This document shows, in pieces, positions 1 to 8,724 of a DNA stretch of 64,000 nt. Position numbers and translations under genes: made by a program. This DNA comes from Nostoc sp. DedSLP01 (GTDB lineage Bacteria; Cyanobacteriota; Cyanobacteriia; Cyanobacteriales; Nostocaceae). The notes beneath the pieces were generated by a model. It was not told where the DNA came from, made no database searches, and saw only the letters and a program-made list of their open reading frames with translations. Every line of letters begins with the position of its first letter. Position 1 is the first letter of the stretch. Location: assembly GCA_034530875.2 (NCBI GenBank), contig JAVRCJ020000010.1, positions 1-64,000 on the forward strand, given 5' to 3'.

Positions 1-75
1 ACCTCATTTTCAGAAAGGTCTACGCGCCATGACGCTTATTCAGTCAGCATTATAGCCTTACTGTCACCCCTTCAG
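1..75 (+). mobile_element. Right end of an IS (probably IS4 family): transposase C-terminus and terminal repeat
   Basis: Frame 2..55 reads PHFQKGLRAMTLIQSAL*, resembling C-termini of cyanobacterial IS4-type transposases, followed by TGTCACCCCTTCAG as candidate terminal IR; rest lies outside the window. Confidence 0.6.
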
Positions 76-108
76 ACGGTATAAGCTGCTGCGGGCAATG
101 ATTCGCAT
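76..108 (-). pseudogene. 5' fragment of a HigB-like toxin gene interrupted by the IS
   Basis: ATG at 108 gives MRIIARSSLYR running directly into the IS end; GGAGGTGG upstream (about 125-132, minus strand). Confidence 0.4.
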
Positions 109-206
109 ACTGGATTATAATATTCCACCTCCAAGTTTATACAATTCGCTAATTAGATTTAAAGTTTGTGAATTACACAAGCTTCGGAACTGTTTTGCGC
201 TTTTCC

Positions 207-1439
207 CTACACTTTCTCTTTTGGAGGCGGGACGATGCTAAATTTATTTAAATTTGCGTCGATTTCTTTAAGTGTTTTAAAATCCTCTTCTGGTAAGGGA
301 TAGCTGTTACTGTTAAACAAACCTGCACTAAAAGCAGGATACTTTTCTAAGAATGAGAAAGCTTGACGAAACTGATAGGGTTGGGCTTTAATCGGTGCGT
401 CAAAGTGGCAGGGAATAATCCACTCAAAATCCCAACTTGCAACTTTATCAGCCCACTCGATGGTTTCTTTGGGTGCGCGGTTGAGAATTAATGTTTGTAA
501 AATTGGTGCTACGAACAATCGCCCGTCACCGCGTAGGGCTTCAAACGATCGCTGCCAATCATACTGCCATTTAAAGGGATACAATCCAAAATAAGCTTTT
601 TTTGAGCGTTCTGGTGCTTTTAAGGCTTCTCGGAACACCTGACTCCAAGGACGGATGTCCAAGCCGCTTGGTTGAAAGTATAAAGCAAACAAACAAATGC
701 GCTGCCATCCTTTGCGGCGATTTGCTTGAGTATCTGGAACAATGTCACCAGCATTATCCTTGGCATGGAATAGTAAGGGATATGAATCTAATTGGACAAT
801 GGCGGGTGGATCTTCTGGAATTGAAAGTACTGAATCTGTTACCAAAAGAGTATGCGATCGCTTGTGAAAAAAAGCAACTTCCGCAAACCTACCAGTCCCA
901 AGGTAAATGGGGCCGAGCATGGCATAATCAAACTCATCAGCAAAGGGTGTTTTGCTGCTATCTTCTGGAAGTAGCTGCGTGCGTTTTGCAGGTAAGCCAA
1001 GCCAGCTAAGGGGCAGATTTAGCGGGAAACTCCATTGATTTGGGGCTACAAAAACCTGTGCGGTAGGGAAGTATCTGGCGAAGGGACCGACGAAAACCTT
1101 GTGTTCCAAACCGGAGACAGTTGGCAGGATGATGTACTTCACATCACCGTGTTCAGCTACCAACTCATTCACAAGCCGGATGCACTCTGGGGTAGGTGCA
1201 ACAGGGGCATAAACCAAAAGACCTCCTGCTTGCAGCTTCACCACCGTCATGCGAATTGGCACGACAACGTAAAAAATCCCCTGAATCTGGTCAAAATTCC
1301 AGATTGTATCCTTGAGGACTTCTTTACGGATTGTCCGCCGCGTACCATACGGGTAGAGTGGCACAACAGGCCACAATCGCCAGGAAAAGTCCCTTGGATG
1401 AATCTGTTCTGCATTGACTATGCGTTCGTCATCAACCAC
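207..1439 (-). CDS. DUF4336 domain protein (metallo-beta-lactamase-like)
   Basis: SWRLWPVVPLYPYG, RMTVVKL, PTVSGLEHK, IIPCHF motifs. Confidence 0.8.
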   Translation of the reverse strand: MVDDERIVNAEQIHPRDFSWRLWPVVPLYPYGTRRTIRKEVLKDTIWNFDQIQGIFYVVVPIRMTVVKLQAGGLLVYAPVAPTPECIRLVNELVAEHGDVKYIILPTVSGLEHKVFVGPFARYFPTAQVFVAPNQWSFPLNLPLSWLGLPAKRTQLLPEDSSKTPFADEFDYAMLGPIYLGTGRFAEVAFFHKRSHTLLVTDSVLSIPEDPPAIVQLDSYPLLFHAKDNAGDIVPDTQANRRKGWQRICLFALYFQPSGLDIRPWSQVFREALKAPERSKKAYFGLYPFKWQYDWQRSFEALRGDGRLFVAPILQTLILNRAPKETIEWADKVASWDFEWIIPCHFDAPIKAQPYQFRQAFSFLEKYPAFSAGLFNSNSYPLPEEDFKTLKEIDANLNKFSIVPPPKEKV

Positions 1440-1493
1440 TGTGCGACTCCCTCCAAATTCCCCGATCTAAATTTTAATAGGATATTATATTTT

Positions 1494-1596
1494 GGCGTTG
1501 CTGAGTGGAAATGTGGATTAGGCTCACGCAGAGGCGCAGAGTCGCAAAGTTAATGAAATGCGATTTTTACATTTCACCTTCAAATTCAGCAATGGT
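1494..1596. mobile_element. Degenerate MITE-like element
   Basis: Ends GGCGTTGCTGAGT...ATTCAGCAATGGT form an imperfect IR; flanks TATATTTT / TAGATTTT resemble an 8-bp TSD; internal CGCAGAGG repeats. Confidence 0.5.
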
Positions 1597-1666
1597 TAGA
1601 TTTTTTGTTGGGCGCGAGTTCAATTATCGTGTAGTTATCTATTATTTTATATAAACTACGGTGAGA

Positions 1667-2248
1667 TTATTCTTTAATCTCAAATTCAACTTTATCGTAA
1701 ATATCTAATAAGGAGATTTCAAATTGAATAGAGGATAGTGTTAAAACACTATTTTCATCTTCGTATTCTGAAAAAATCCATTTTCTAGCTTCAGTTTTAT
1801 AATACTGCTCTACATGATGTGTGTACTGGTCTATTAAGACATATTCTTGAAAGCTGGGTATGCTACGATAAGCTGCAAATTTTTCATCTACATCATAACT
1901 TCTGGTAGATTTAGATAGCACTTCAGCAATCATCAAAGGATTGGTAATTGTATCTGTACGTCCTTCAGCAAATTCTAATGAACCTGCAACAACCATAACA
2001 TCTGGATATGTATGAATTCGCTTTTTCGGAATCCATAAACGTTGTTCAGCTACGAATACTCGATAAGGTTGTCGCTTCAAAGCAAAATTGAGGGCTGCGT
2101 AAAAATTACCAGCTATTTGATTGTGATTTGGCGTTCCACCTGTCATGGGTATAATTTGGCCATCTATATATTCACTACGATACTCTGAATTGACCTCTAA
2201 TTCTAGATATTCTGCTGGAGAATATTGGCGTTGTTCTTGTAATTGCAT
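1667..2248 (-). CDS. Uma2 family (PD-(D/E)XK) endonuclease-like protein
   Basis: EYIDGQIIPMTGGTPNHN, YPDVMVV, AEVLSKST; probable start MQLQEQ at 2248. Confidence 0.9.
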   Translation of the reverse strand: MQLQEQRQYSPAEYLELEVNSEYRSEYIDGQIIPMTGGTPNHNQIAGNFYAALNFALKRQPYRVFVAEQRLWIPKKRIHTYPDVMVVAGSLEFAEGRTDTITNPLMIAEVLSKSTRSYDVDEKFAAYRSIPSFQEYVLIDQYTHHVEQYYKTEARKWIFSEYEDENSVLTLSSIQFEISLLDIYDKVEFEIKE

Positions 2249-2379
2249 AAAATGAAACAATTTTGGATTTTGAATTAGTGCAAAAATTAAAAGTATTAGC
2301 AAGAGCTAGAAATATTTTGACTTATTTGAATTCATCATTCCTAACTCCTAACTTATAACTCCTAACTTATAATTAACTT

Positions 2380-3816
2380 TTACGCTGGTTTCCAAGTACC
2401 GTGGAAAGTGTGAGGAATGACGCTGGGTAATCCTAGTTTACAAACTGGTTCTGCATCTAAGCGATCGCTATCAAATATCCAAACTTCACTTTGATCGGAA
2501 TTACCATCATAAACTACAACTAAAATCCAACCTTGTTTGGGATTTTGATTATCTTGGGCGTAGATGGGTTCTGAGGTATAAATATTTTCTCCTAAGTCTA
2601 CTTCAGTAAGGGTTTCAGTTTTGTAATCAAAACGAGCGATCGCACTAAACCATTCTTTACCTGAATTCATTCTTTTTGGCAGCAATGCTACATAAGTATA
2701 ACGCCAAGGTTGTGCAACTTGCGATTTTGGCACTACAGGAAACTCACAAACGCGGTTGATAACTTCGTGGGTTGCTGTTAGTTTGGCAGTTTGAGGATTG
2801 AGATGCACTTGCCATAATGTTCCATGAGAATCTGTGTGCGTTTCACCAGTTGCAAATTCTCTGAGATATTCATTACTTTGTTGAAAATCTGAATATCGCA
2901 CCACATCCAAAATCACCGAACCGTCTTGATTTTCACAAGCATTGCCAAAATGCCATTGAAACCAAGGATCGGTTTCGCCACGACTCACTAAAGATAAGTT
3001 TTCCCTGTCAAAAATTAATACCTGAGTTCCTAACTTCGGTTCCCATAATAAAGAGTGACTAAAAGTAGTTAAACCAAGCATAAATTGCAGCATTTTCATC
3101 CGCATCGGTGGCATGAAAAACACCAAGTATCTTTGAGTTAAAACAAAATCATGTATTATTGAATAGCGATCTAATTTGAAAGCTGATTTTTGAATAATTT
3201 TGCCAGAGGTATCGCTTTTATAGAGATTCAGTTGTATAGAACTTCCTAAACTGATGCCAAAATTAAAAATTTCGCCTGTGTTTGGATCGCGTTTGTAATG
3301 AGCAGAATAGGGTAATCCATTATCCAAACCACCCAAATCATCTAATCCCTTTGTTTCTAGAGTTTGCAAATCAAGGGCATAAGGTTGAGTTGCTTCCCAC
3401 AAAGCCAACAGTTTATCTGGTAAAGCCAAGACTGAAGTATTAGCTGCATTCTTAATTTGCTGATTCCACCGCTTCCAAATCGGCCCCGGTGCGTGCATAC
3501 CATAAACAGCATAAAGGAATTTATCTGCTTGACTTTCAGCTTGATATTCTGCTGTTTGCACGTAGCGATAAACTCCGGTCACTCCTGCATCTGTGAAGTG
3601 GACGCTGAGAATTGCGCCATCTCCATCAAACCAGTGTCCCACGCGTACACCACCGCGTTCTAGCCGCGCGGGGCCATTGCGGTAAAGCGTACCACGCAAG
3701 CTATCTGGGACTTTACCGGAGAGAATTGGCAATTGGGTTGGGGGAAATTCTGTTGCTGGTTTAGCGATCGCACCTGCCCAAGCTCTTTTGTTTGACTTTT
3801 GAGTAATAGTTTGCAT
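2380..3816 (-). CDS. Carotenoid cleavage dioxygenase (RPE65 family)
   Basis: LYRNGP, HWFDGDG, SAHYK, IHDF, QWHFGN, PHTFHG: four His ligands. Confidence 0.93.
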   Translation of the reverse strand: MQTITQKSNKRAWAGAIAKPATEFPPTQLPILSGKVPDSLRGTLYRNGPARLERGGVRVGHWFDGDGAILSVHFTDAGVTGVYRYVQTAEYQAESQADKFLYAVYGMHAPGPIWKRWNQQIKNAANTSVLALPDKLLALWEATQPYALDLQTLETKGLDDLGGLDNGLPYSAHYKRDPNTGEIFNFGISLGSSIQLNLYKSDTSGKIIQKSAFKLDRYSIIHDFVLTQRYLVFFMPPMRMKMLQFMLGLTTFSHSLLWEPKLGTQVLIFDRENLSLVSRGETDPWFQWHFGNACENQDGSVILDVVRYSDFQQSNEYLREFATGETHTDSHGTLWQVHLNPQTAKLTATHEVINRVCEFPVVPKSQVAQPWRYTYVALLPKRMNSGKEWFSAIARFDYKTETLTEVDLGENIYTSEPIYAQDNQNPKQGWILVVVYDGNSDQSEVWIFDSDRLDAEPVCKLGLPSVIPHTFHGTWKPA

Positions 3817-3964
3817 ATTAAATTAGTCTCTAATAAATTATTAATCTACACAACTGTATTTTACATTTTCATCATGAATTAGTTGTATATTAGTGCGTCA
3901 GTCCAATGCCGTAACTCTTCCTACTGGCTGACTCCTGAATTCACCAATTTTAACTCCTGCTATA

Positions 3965-3980
3965 TATGAGCTAGCTCATA
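3965..3980. promoter_or_regulatory. Perfect 16-bp palindrome, candidate operator
   Basis: TATGAGCTAGCTCATA in the divergent intergenic region between the dioxygenase and the globin. Confidence 0.35.
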
Positions 3981-4042
3981 GTAACTGCTAGAAATAAACA
4001 GTAAATTGAAATCAATCAAGATTCTAAGTGGTTGAAAAAACT

Positions 4043-4501
4043 ATGATTAGCCAAAAAACAATAGATATCGTTAAAGCTACAGCGCCTATTTTAAAAAAAA
4101 GCGGTCAGCAAATCACAAATCGGATGTATGAAATTATGTTTCAAAATCATCCAGAAATCAAAAGACAATTTGATATGTCTGCTCAAGCAGATGGCTCTCA
4201 GCCTGCAAGATTAGCGACAGCAGTTTATAGTTATGCTAACCAAATTGATAACTTACCTGCTTTAAAATCAATGGTAGAAAAAATTGCCCATCGCCACGTG
4301 CAGACTCATGTTACACCAGAACAATATCCGATTGTTGGAGAAAGTTTATTGCACGCAATGAAAGATGTTTTAGGAGAAGCCGCTACAGAAGAAGTGATGG
4401 CAGCTTGGACTGAAGCTTATCAGGCATTAGCTGAGGTTTTTATTAATAGAGAACATGACATATATCTAGAAGATAAAAAACAACAATTTGTCTATTCCTA
4501 A
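4043..4501 (+). CDS. Single-domain globin (Vitreoscilla Hb / flavohaemoglobin globin-domain type)
   Basis: MISQKTIDIVKATAP, KIAHRHV, PEQYPIVGESLL, AWTEAY; no reductase domain. Confidence 0.92.
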   Translation: MISQKTIDIVKATAPILKKSGQQITNRMYEIMFQNHPEIKRQFDMSAQADGSQPARLATAVYSYANQIDNLPALKSMVEKIAHRHVQTHVTPEQYPIVGESLLHAMKDVLGEAATEEVMAAWTEAYQALAEVFINREHDIYLEDKKQQFVYS

Positions 4502-4566
4502 CAAAAACTTAAGCGTTGCAGAATACTAATAACTTCAAAAGCTCAAACTCTTGGTAGCTTAGGCAC
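4498..4566 (-). pseudogene. hicA: Truncated hicA toxin remnant
   Basis: GTG overlapping the hicB 3' end reads MPKLPRV*AFEVISILQRLSFC*: HicA-like N-terminus with an internal TGA. Confidence 0.7.
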
Positions 4567-4798
4567 TGGTTACTTCAAATGTAGTTAGCAAACAACGATA
4601 TGCTGTCTCAGAAAGTGGGAATTCTTCTAAATAAAGTTCTGTTGCTTCCCGTAAATTAGCAATAGCTTCTTCTATTCTCTCTCCTTGGCTAGCGGTTCCC
4701 ACCTCTGGACATTCAGCTACATAAACATCTTCTTCCCAATACAGAATTGCTGTAAAGGTACGAGTTTTTGTATCCTTAGCCTGTTGTAATGAACTCAT
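4559..4798 (-). CDS. hicB: HicB family antitoxin
   Basis: YVAECPEVGTASQGERIEEAIANLREATELYLE. Confidence 0.9.
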   Translation of the reverse strand: MSSLQQAKDTKTRTFTAILYWEEDVYVAECPEVGTASQGERIEEAIANLREATELYLEEFPLSETAYRCLLTTFEVTSA

Positions 4799-4839
4799 AG
4801 AGTGCTTATCTAGCTATCTTTTCATTTTCCTATTCTTGC

Positions 4840-7338
4840 TTAATCATTTGGAGGCAACAACATCCGCGCCTCAATAGCTTCCCAGGTTTGGGGCGACACC
4901 CGCACTGCTGCTTGTTTGCACTGGATAATGAGATGATTCGCGTAGAGATAATTTTCTAATGCTTTTATTTGTCCCTCAGATAAATCGATCATTTCTGGGG
5001 TGAGATGGAAAGCTTTGAGTAAGGTTTGTTGCACGTCTTCAGCAAATACCCGACGCACTTTCCTTGATTGTTTATCATCAGGAATTGTAGCTTTGAGTGC
5101 CTCTAGTTGGGCAATCAGCATAGTAAAGTTGACGTTATTGAAGATTTCTGATTTTTTTAGTTGACTAGTATTTTTGATAGTGTTGGTGATGGCAATGGCA
5201 TCGGCGTTGGCGATAGCGTTGGCGAAGTCGATGGCCTTGGCTATGGCGTTGGCGTTAACGATGACATTGGCGCTAGCATTGGCTATGGCGTTAGCGTAGG
5301 TTTTGGTGCTGGCGATGACATAGGCGTTGGTGTCGGCGTTGGTGTAGGCGCTAGCGATGGCTTTGGCGATGACGATGGCGTTGGTGTAGGCTCTGGTGAT
5401 TGCAGATGCACGTTTACGTACAGGTTTCCAATTACCACATGATCCAACTGTTACCTTTTCTGCCCAGTTTAATAAAGCCTGTAACTTAGGGGTACTAATG
5501 TATTTTTGCGCTTCCTTTTCCATCAACAACAGCAAATCATCTGCACCACCGCGCATTAATCCAGCTACTAGCAAAAAGACCTCTTTCCAGCGTTCATCTA
5601 CAAAATGTTCAGTAACTAACTTATTAACTTGGTGATGGTCATTTATATATTGTGCTGTTAAATATTCCTGTAGTGTCAAATGAGAAAATGAGTAGATATT
5701 CCTTGCTCGTTCTACTAAAATTCCCTGTTGAATAGCTATAGCATCTAAAACTGCCTCAGCGTCTAAATTTTTAGGTGCATTATCGTTATTATGCAGAGAG
5801 TCTTTAATTTGACTTACAAGTTCTTGGTGAGATAAAAATAACCGTTTTGATTTAAAGCTGTGATATGCAATCTCAGCCAGCATAATTTTCTCTACATCGA
5901 TGCCAAGCTGACGATAAATTGGTTTTGTTTGAATGCGTTTTTCAGCAGCCCATTTTTCTAATAAAATATCTAAAGCTTTACTGTAAAGCGTAGCTCGGTT
6001 TTTAGGCAAATCTTGAGATCCGTCATACACTAAACAAAGAAAAGTTAGCAACACAGGAGTTCTAGCTAATTCTTTAGTTGATTCTTGGTTTTTGATTAAC
6101 TCCCAGCACTTGTTTGCGGTTCCTACTCTTTTATCAACCTCTGAAGAAAACCAGTTTTGAATAAACTGCTGAATTTGAGCATCATCAAAATCGGCGATCG
6201 CAATTTCCATCAAATTTCTAAACTGCGATCGATAAGCAGCAGTCCGGCAAGAAATAATAAATCTATTTTTTTTATATTTATCGACGAAGAGTTGAATTTC
6301 GCTAATTACAAAATCTGTATTTTCCGTTGGTACTTCATCTAAACTATCCAACAAAATTATTAACTTGCCTTGTTCTAATGCTTTAGTGGTAAATTCTTCA
6401 GAGAATGGTAGCTGAGATGATCTGAATGTTTGTCTAATTACTTCTTCAATATTGATTTTGCTTTCAGTCAATAGTTTTAATTCAATAAAAACCGGAATAC
6501 ATTCATGTTGCAATTCACCAGATTTACCCTTGAGTGCTTCTAGTCCTACCTTCCGCAAAAATGTAGATTTACCAGCACCTGGTGCGCCGAGTACCATCAA
6601 ATATTGCTCCTCATTGGCAACTTTAATTCCCTCTTGTTTCTCAACATCTTTACGGTGGAATCTGCTGTTTATAACTTCACTTGAAATTTTTTGTAAGTCT
6701 TCATTTGATTCAAATTGCCAGCACCAAATATCACTTTCCTGCAAACATTGCACAGCCGTGTAAATTGAATCTAAATCTACAGGCTGCTGCATTCCCAATA
6801 TTTGCAACTTGTTATGTTGCCTGTGGTAGTTAATAATATACTGCTCAGATGCTTGATAAATTAATTTTTTTGTTTCCTCATCTATAGGGCGGTCAAGTGT
6901 GTTTATATAAATATCAACAAAATTTTTCACTGCTGTATCTGGTGCAACTTCCGGCAGTGCAATCAACCGATCTAAAGTCACATGGTTAACTCCAGACAGT
7001 GATAATGAGCGCAAAATATCATCAGCCGTACCTTCGACAACCACAACGCGGCTGAGTTCACCTCCAATAGGTTTTAAAGAAAGTTGCTGGAGTTCTTGAA
7101 TAGTATCACCCAGCATTTCGGCAAGTTGGCTTTTGCGCTGTTCAATTAATGCCTGTCGATAAGCCTCAGATGATGTAAACTGTTGAGGTTTCAGCGATGA
7201 ATTGTTTGCGTTTAATCTAATTTGATTTTCGTCTCCCAAACTCATAATTGCTCGAATTACCTCATTTCCCTTCGCACTCATCAAAACTTCTTGAAGCAGA
7301 GGGTCAATTTTGGCAATTTGGCTTTCGTTAAGTTTCAT
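4840..7338 (-). CDS. NACHT (STAND) NTPase with N-terminal propeptide-like domain, (A-x)n repeat and NCH2-like C-terminus
   Basis: Walker A GAPGAGKST, Walker B LLDSLDEV, ISCR, TPVLL, FSHLTLQEY; C-terminal ENYLYANHLIIQCKQAAVRVS. Confidence 0.9.
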   Translation of the reverse strand: MKLNESQIAKIDPLLQEVLMSAKGNEVIRAIMSLGDENQIRLNANNSSLKPQQFTSSEAYRQALIEQRKSQLAEMLGDTIQELQQLSLKPIGGELSRVVVVEGTADDILRSLSLSGVNHVTLDRLIALPEVAPDTAVKNFVDIYINTLDRPIDEETKKLIYQASEQYIINYHRQHNKLQILGMQQPVDLDSIYTAVQCLQESDIWCWQFESNEDLQKISSEVINSRFHRKDVEKQEGIKVANEEQYLMVLGAPGAGKSTFLRKVGLEALKGKSGELQHECIPVFIELKLLTESKINIEEVIRQTFRSSQLPFSEEFTTKALEQGKLIILLDSLDEVPTENTDFVISEIQLFVDKYKKNRFIISCRTAAYRSQFRNLMEIAIADFDDAQIQQFIQNWFSSEVDKRVGTANKCWELIKNQESTKELARTPVLLTFLCLVYDGSQDLPKNRATLYSKALDILLEKWAAEKRIQTKPIYRQLGIDVEKIMLAEIAYHSFKSKRLFLSHQELVSQIKDSLHNNDNAPKNLDAEAVLDAIAIQQGILVERARNIYSFSHLTLQEYLTAQYINDHHQVNKLVTEHFVDERWKEVFLLVAGLMRGGADDLLLLMEKEAQKYISTPKLQALLNWAEKVTVGSCGNWKPVRKRASAITRAYTNAIVIAKAIASAYTNADTNAYVIASTKTYANAIANASANVIVNANAIAKAIDFANAIANADAIAITNTIKNTSQLKKSEIFNNVNFTMLIAQLEALKATIPDDKQSRKVRRVFAEDVQQTLLKAFHLTPEMIDLSEGQIKALENYLYANHLIIQCKQAAVRVSPQTWEAIEARMLLPPND
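5183..5403 (-). repeat. Degenerate 6-nt coding repeat (GCC/ACC/GTC + NNC) encoding an (A/T/V-x)n tract
   Basis: AITRAYTNAIVIAKAIASAYTNAD...ANAIANADAIAITN; GC-rich relative to the rest of the gene. Confidence 0.85.
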
Positions 7339-8546
7339 AGGGCTGCGATTACCTGAATTAAACCTTTACCTTGGCGTTCCTTGTCGTGTCCCAAATCTTT
7401 ACAACTTGTCAGGAGTCCGTCAACTAAATCCAATACCGAAATTTGCTTATTATACTTCTCTAAGATTAACGCTGCTACACCAGAAACGATGGGAGTTGCC
7501 ATTGAAGTTCCCTCCCAAGCTTCATAGCCACCACCTTGAACTGATGAATAAACGCCTTGTCCAGGCGCAACCAAATAAGGAACATCATAAGAATGATTAT
7601 TAACTAATATTCTGCCACTGCCGCTAAAACTGGCAATTTTACTATCAAAGTTTGTTGCACCTACTGAAACTGAACTCCGACAGTTTGCTGGTGTTCTTGT
7701 ATTGTTACGCCCATCGTTACCAACAGCACAAACAGGCAGGATACCAACTGCCAATAAAGTATCAATAACATCGCTCATTTCATGAGCATACGTAGGAAGA
7801 CCTGCTGAAATGTTAACAATATTCACGTCTGGTCGAAGTGCTAGCCACTCCAGCCACATTACAAAATCTGATAATTTGCCAGTACCTTTTGGGATAAGTA
7901 CGCCATCAATCAGTTTAGTTTCTGGTGCAACCCCAACTTGCTGACCACAAATCAGTCCAGCTACGTGAGTACCATGACCATCCGTATCCTGGGAAACTGT
8001 TAACTGGATTTGCTTACTTCTATCATTAAAACTATAAGATTCAGTTACCTTACCTTGCAATTCTCGGTGTGTTGAATCGATACCTGTGTCAAGGACAGCA
8101 ATGGTAATACTTTTACCAGTGCCCGCAAACCCATTTTGACGTGCTATGTTGAGAGCGATCGCATCCAAATGCCACAATTCATCTTCGGTAAGTTCATCTT
8201 TGGTATCTGTATTTCTTTGTTGTGGCTGAATTAACTCAATCGGCCGATCCCGCAAAATTAAAGCATTAGGCAACTCTTCACGAATTCTGACCGCCTCTTC
8301 ATCCGGCATTTCTACAACACTTGCACCAGTAATACCTGAGTAATCTGGATACTTTGTTACTTCGCTTGTGTCGTTTTGTGCATCTTCTAACCACTGTTCA
8401 ATTTCTTGGTATACTTGGTTTTCCTGCCAAAAATTTACAACTTCTGCAACTTGCGCCTTACGACTTTCGGGTGTAAATTTTTTAGATTCAAGTTTTAGCG
8501 ATCGCGCTGCTGATGTTGCTTTAGGTCGAATAATATAAACGCTCAT
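7335..8546 (-). CDS. S8 (subtilisin-like) serine protease, no signal peptide
   Basis: VLDTG, GHGTHVAG, AVGNDG, GTSMATP; GAGGGG before ATG 8546; ATGA overlap with the NACHT gene. Confidence 0.93.
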   Translation of the reverse strand: MSVYIIRPKATSAARSLKLESKKFTPESRKAQVAEVVNFWQENQVYQEIEQWLEDAQNDTSEVTKYPDYSGITGASVVEMPDEEAVRIREELPNALILRDRPIELIQPQQRNTDTKDELTEDELWHLDAIALNIARQNGFAGTGKSITIAVLDTGIDSTHRELQGKVTESYSFNDRSKQIQLTVSQDTDGHGTHVAGLICGQQVGVAPETKLIDGVLIPKGTGKLSDFVMWLEWLALRPDVNIVNISAGLPTYAHEMSDVIDTLLAVGILPVCAVGNDGRNNTRTPANCRSSVSVGATNFDSKIASFSGSGRILVNNHSYDVPYLVAPGQGVYSSVQGGGYEAWEGTSMATPIVSGVAALILEKYNKQISVLDLVDGLLTSCKDLGHDKERQGKGLIQVIAAL

Positions 8547-8724
8547 CAAACACCCCTCATAATACCTACCAAATGGATAAGACAAAGAAGATATCTGCTT
8601 TATCAATACAGTATTACATTCTTCCTAATAGTAGATATTTAGCCTTGTCAGGTCATTTGGTAGGATATAAGCCAGCTTTACGTAATTCAATACAAAGGGT
8701 AAAACAGCTAATACAAGCTCTATT

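Noticed and set aside
5161..5442. Gly/Val/Asp-rich ORF on + strand
   Set aside because: Antisense shadow of the NACHT hexamer repeat
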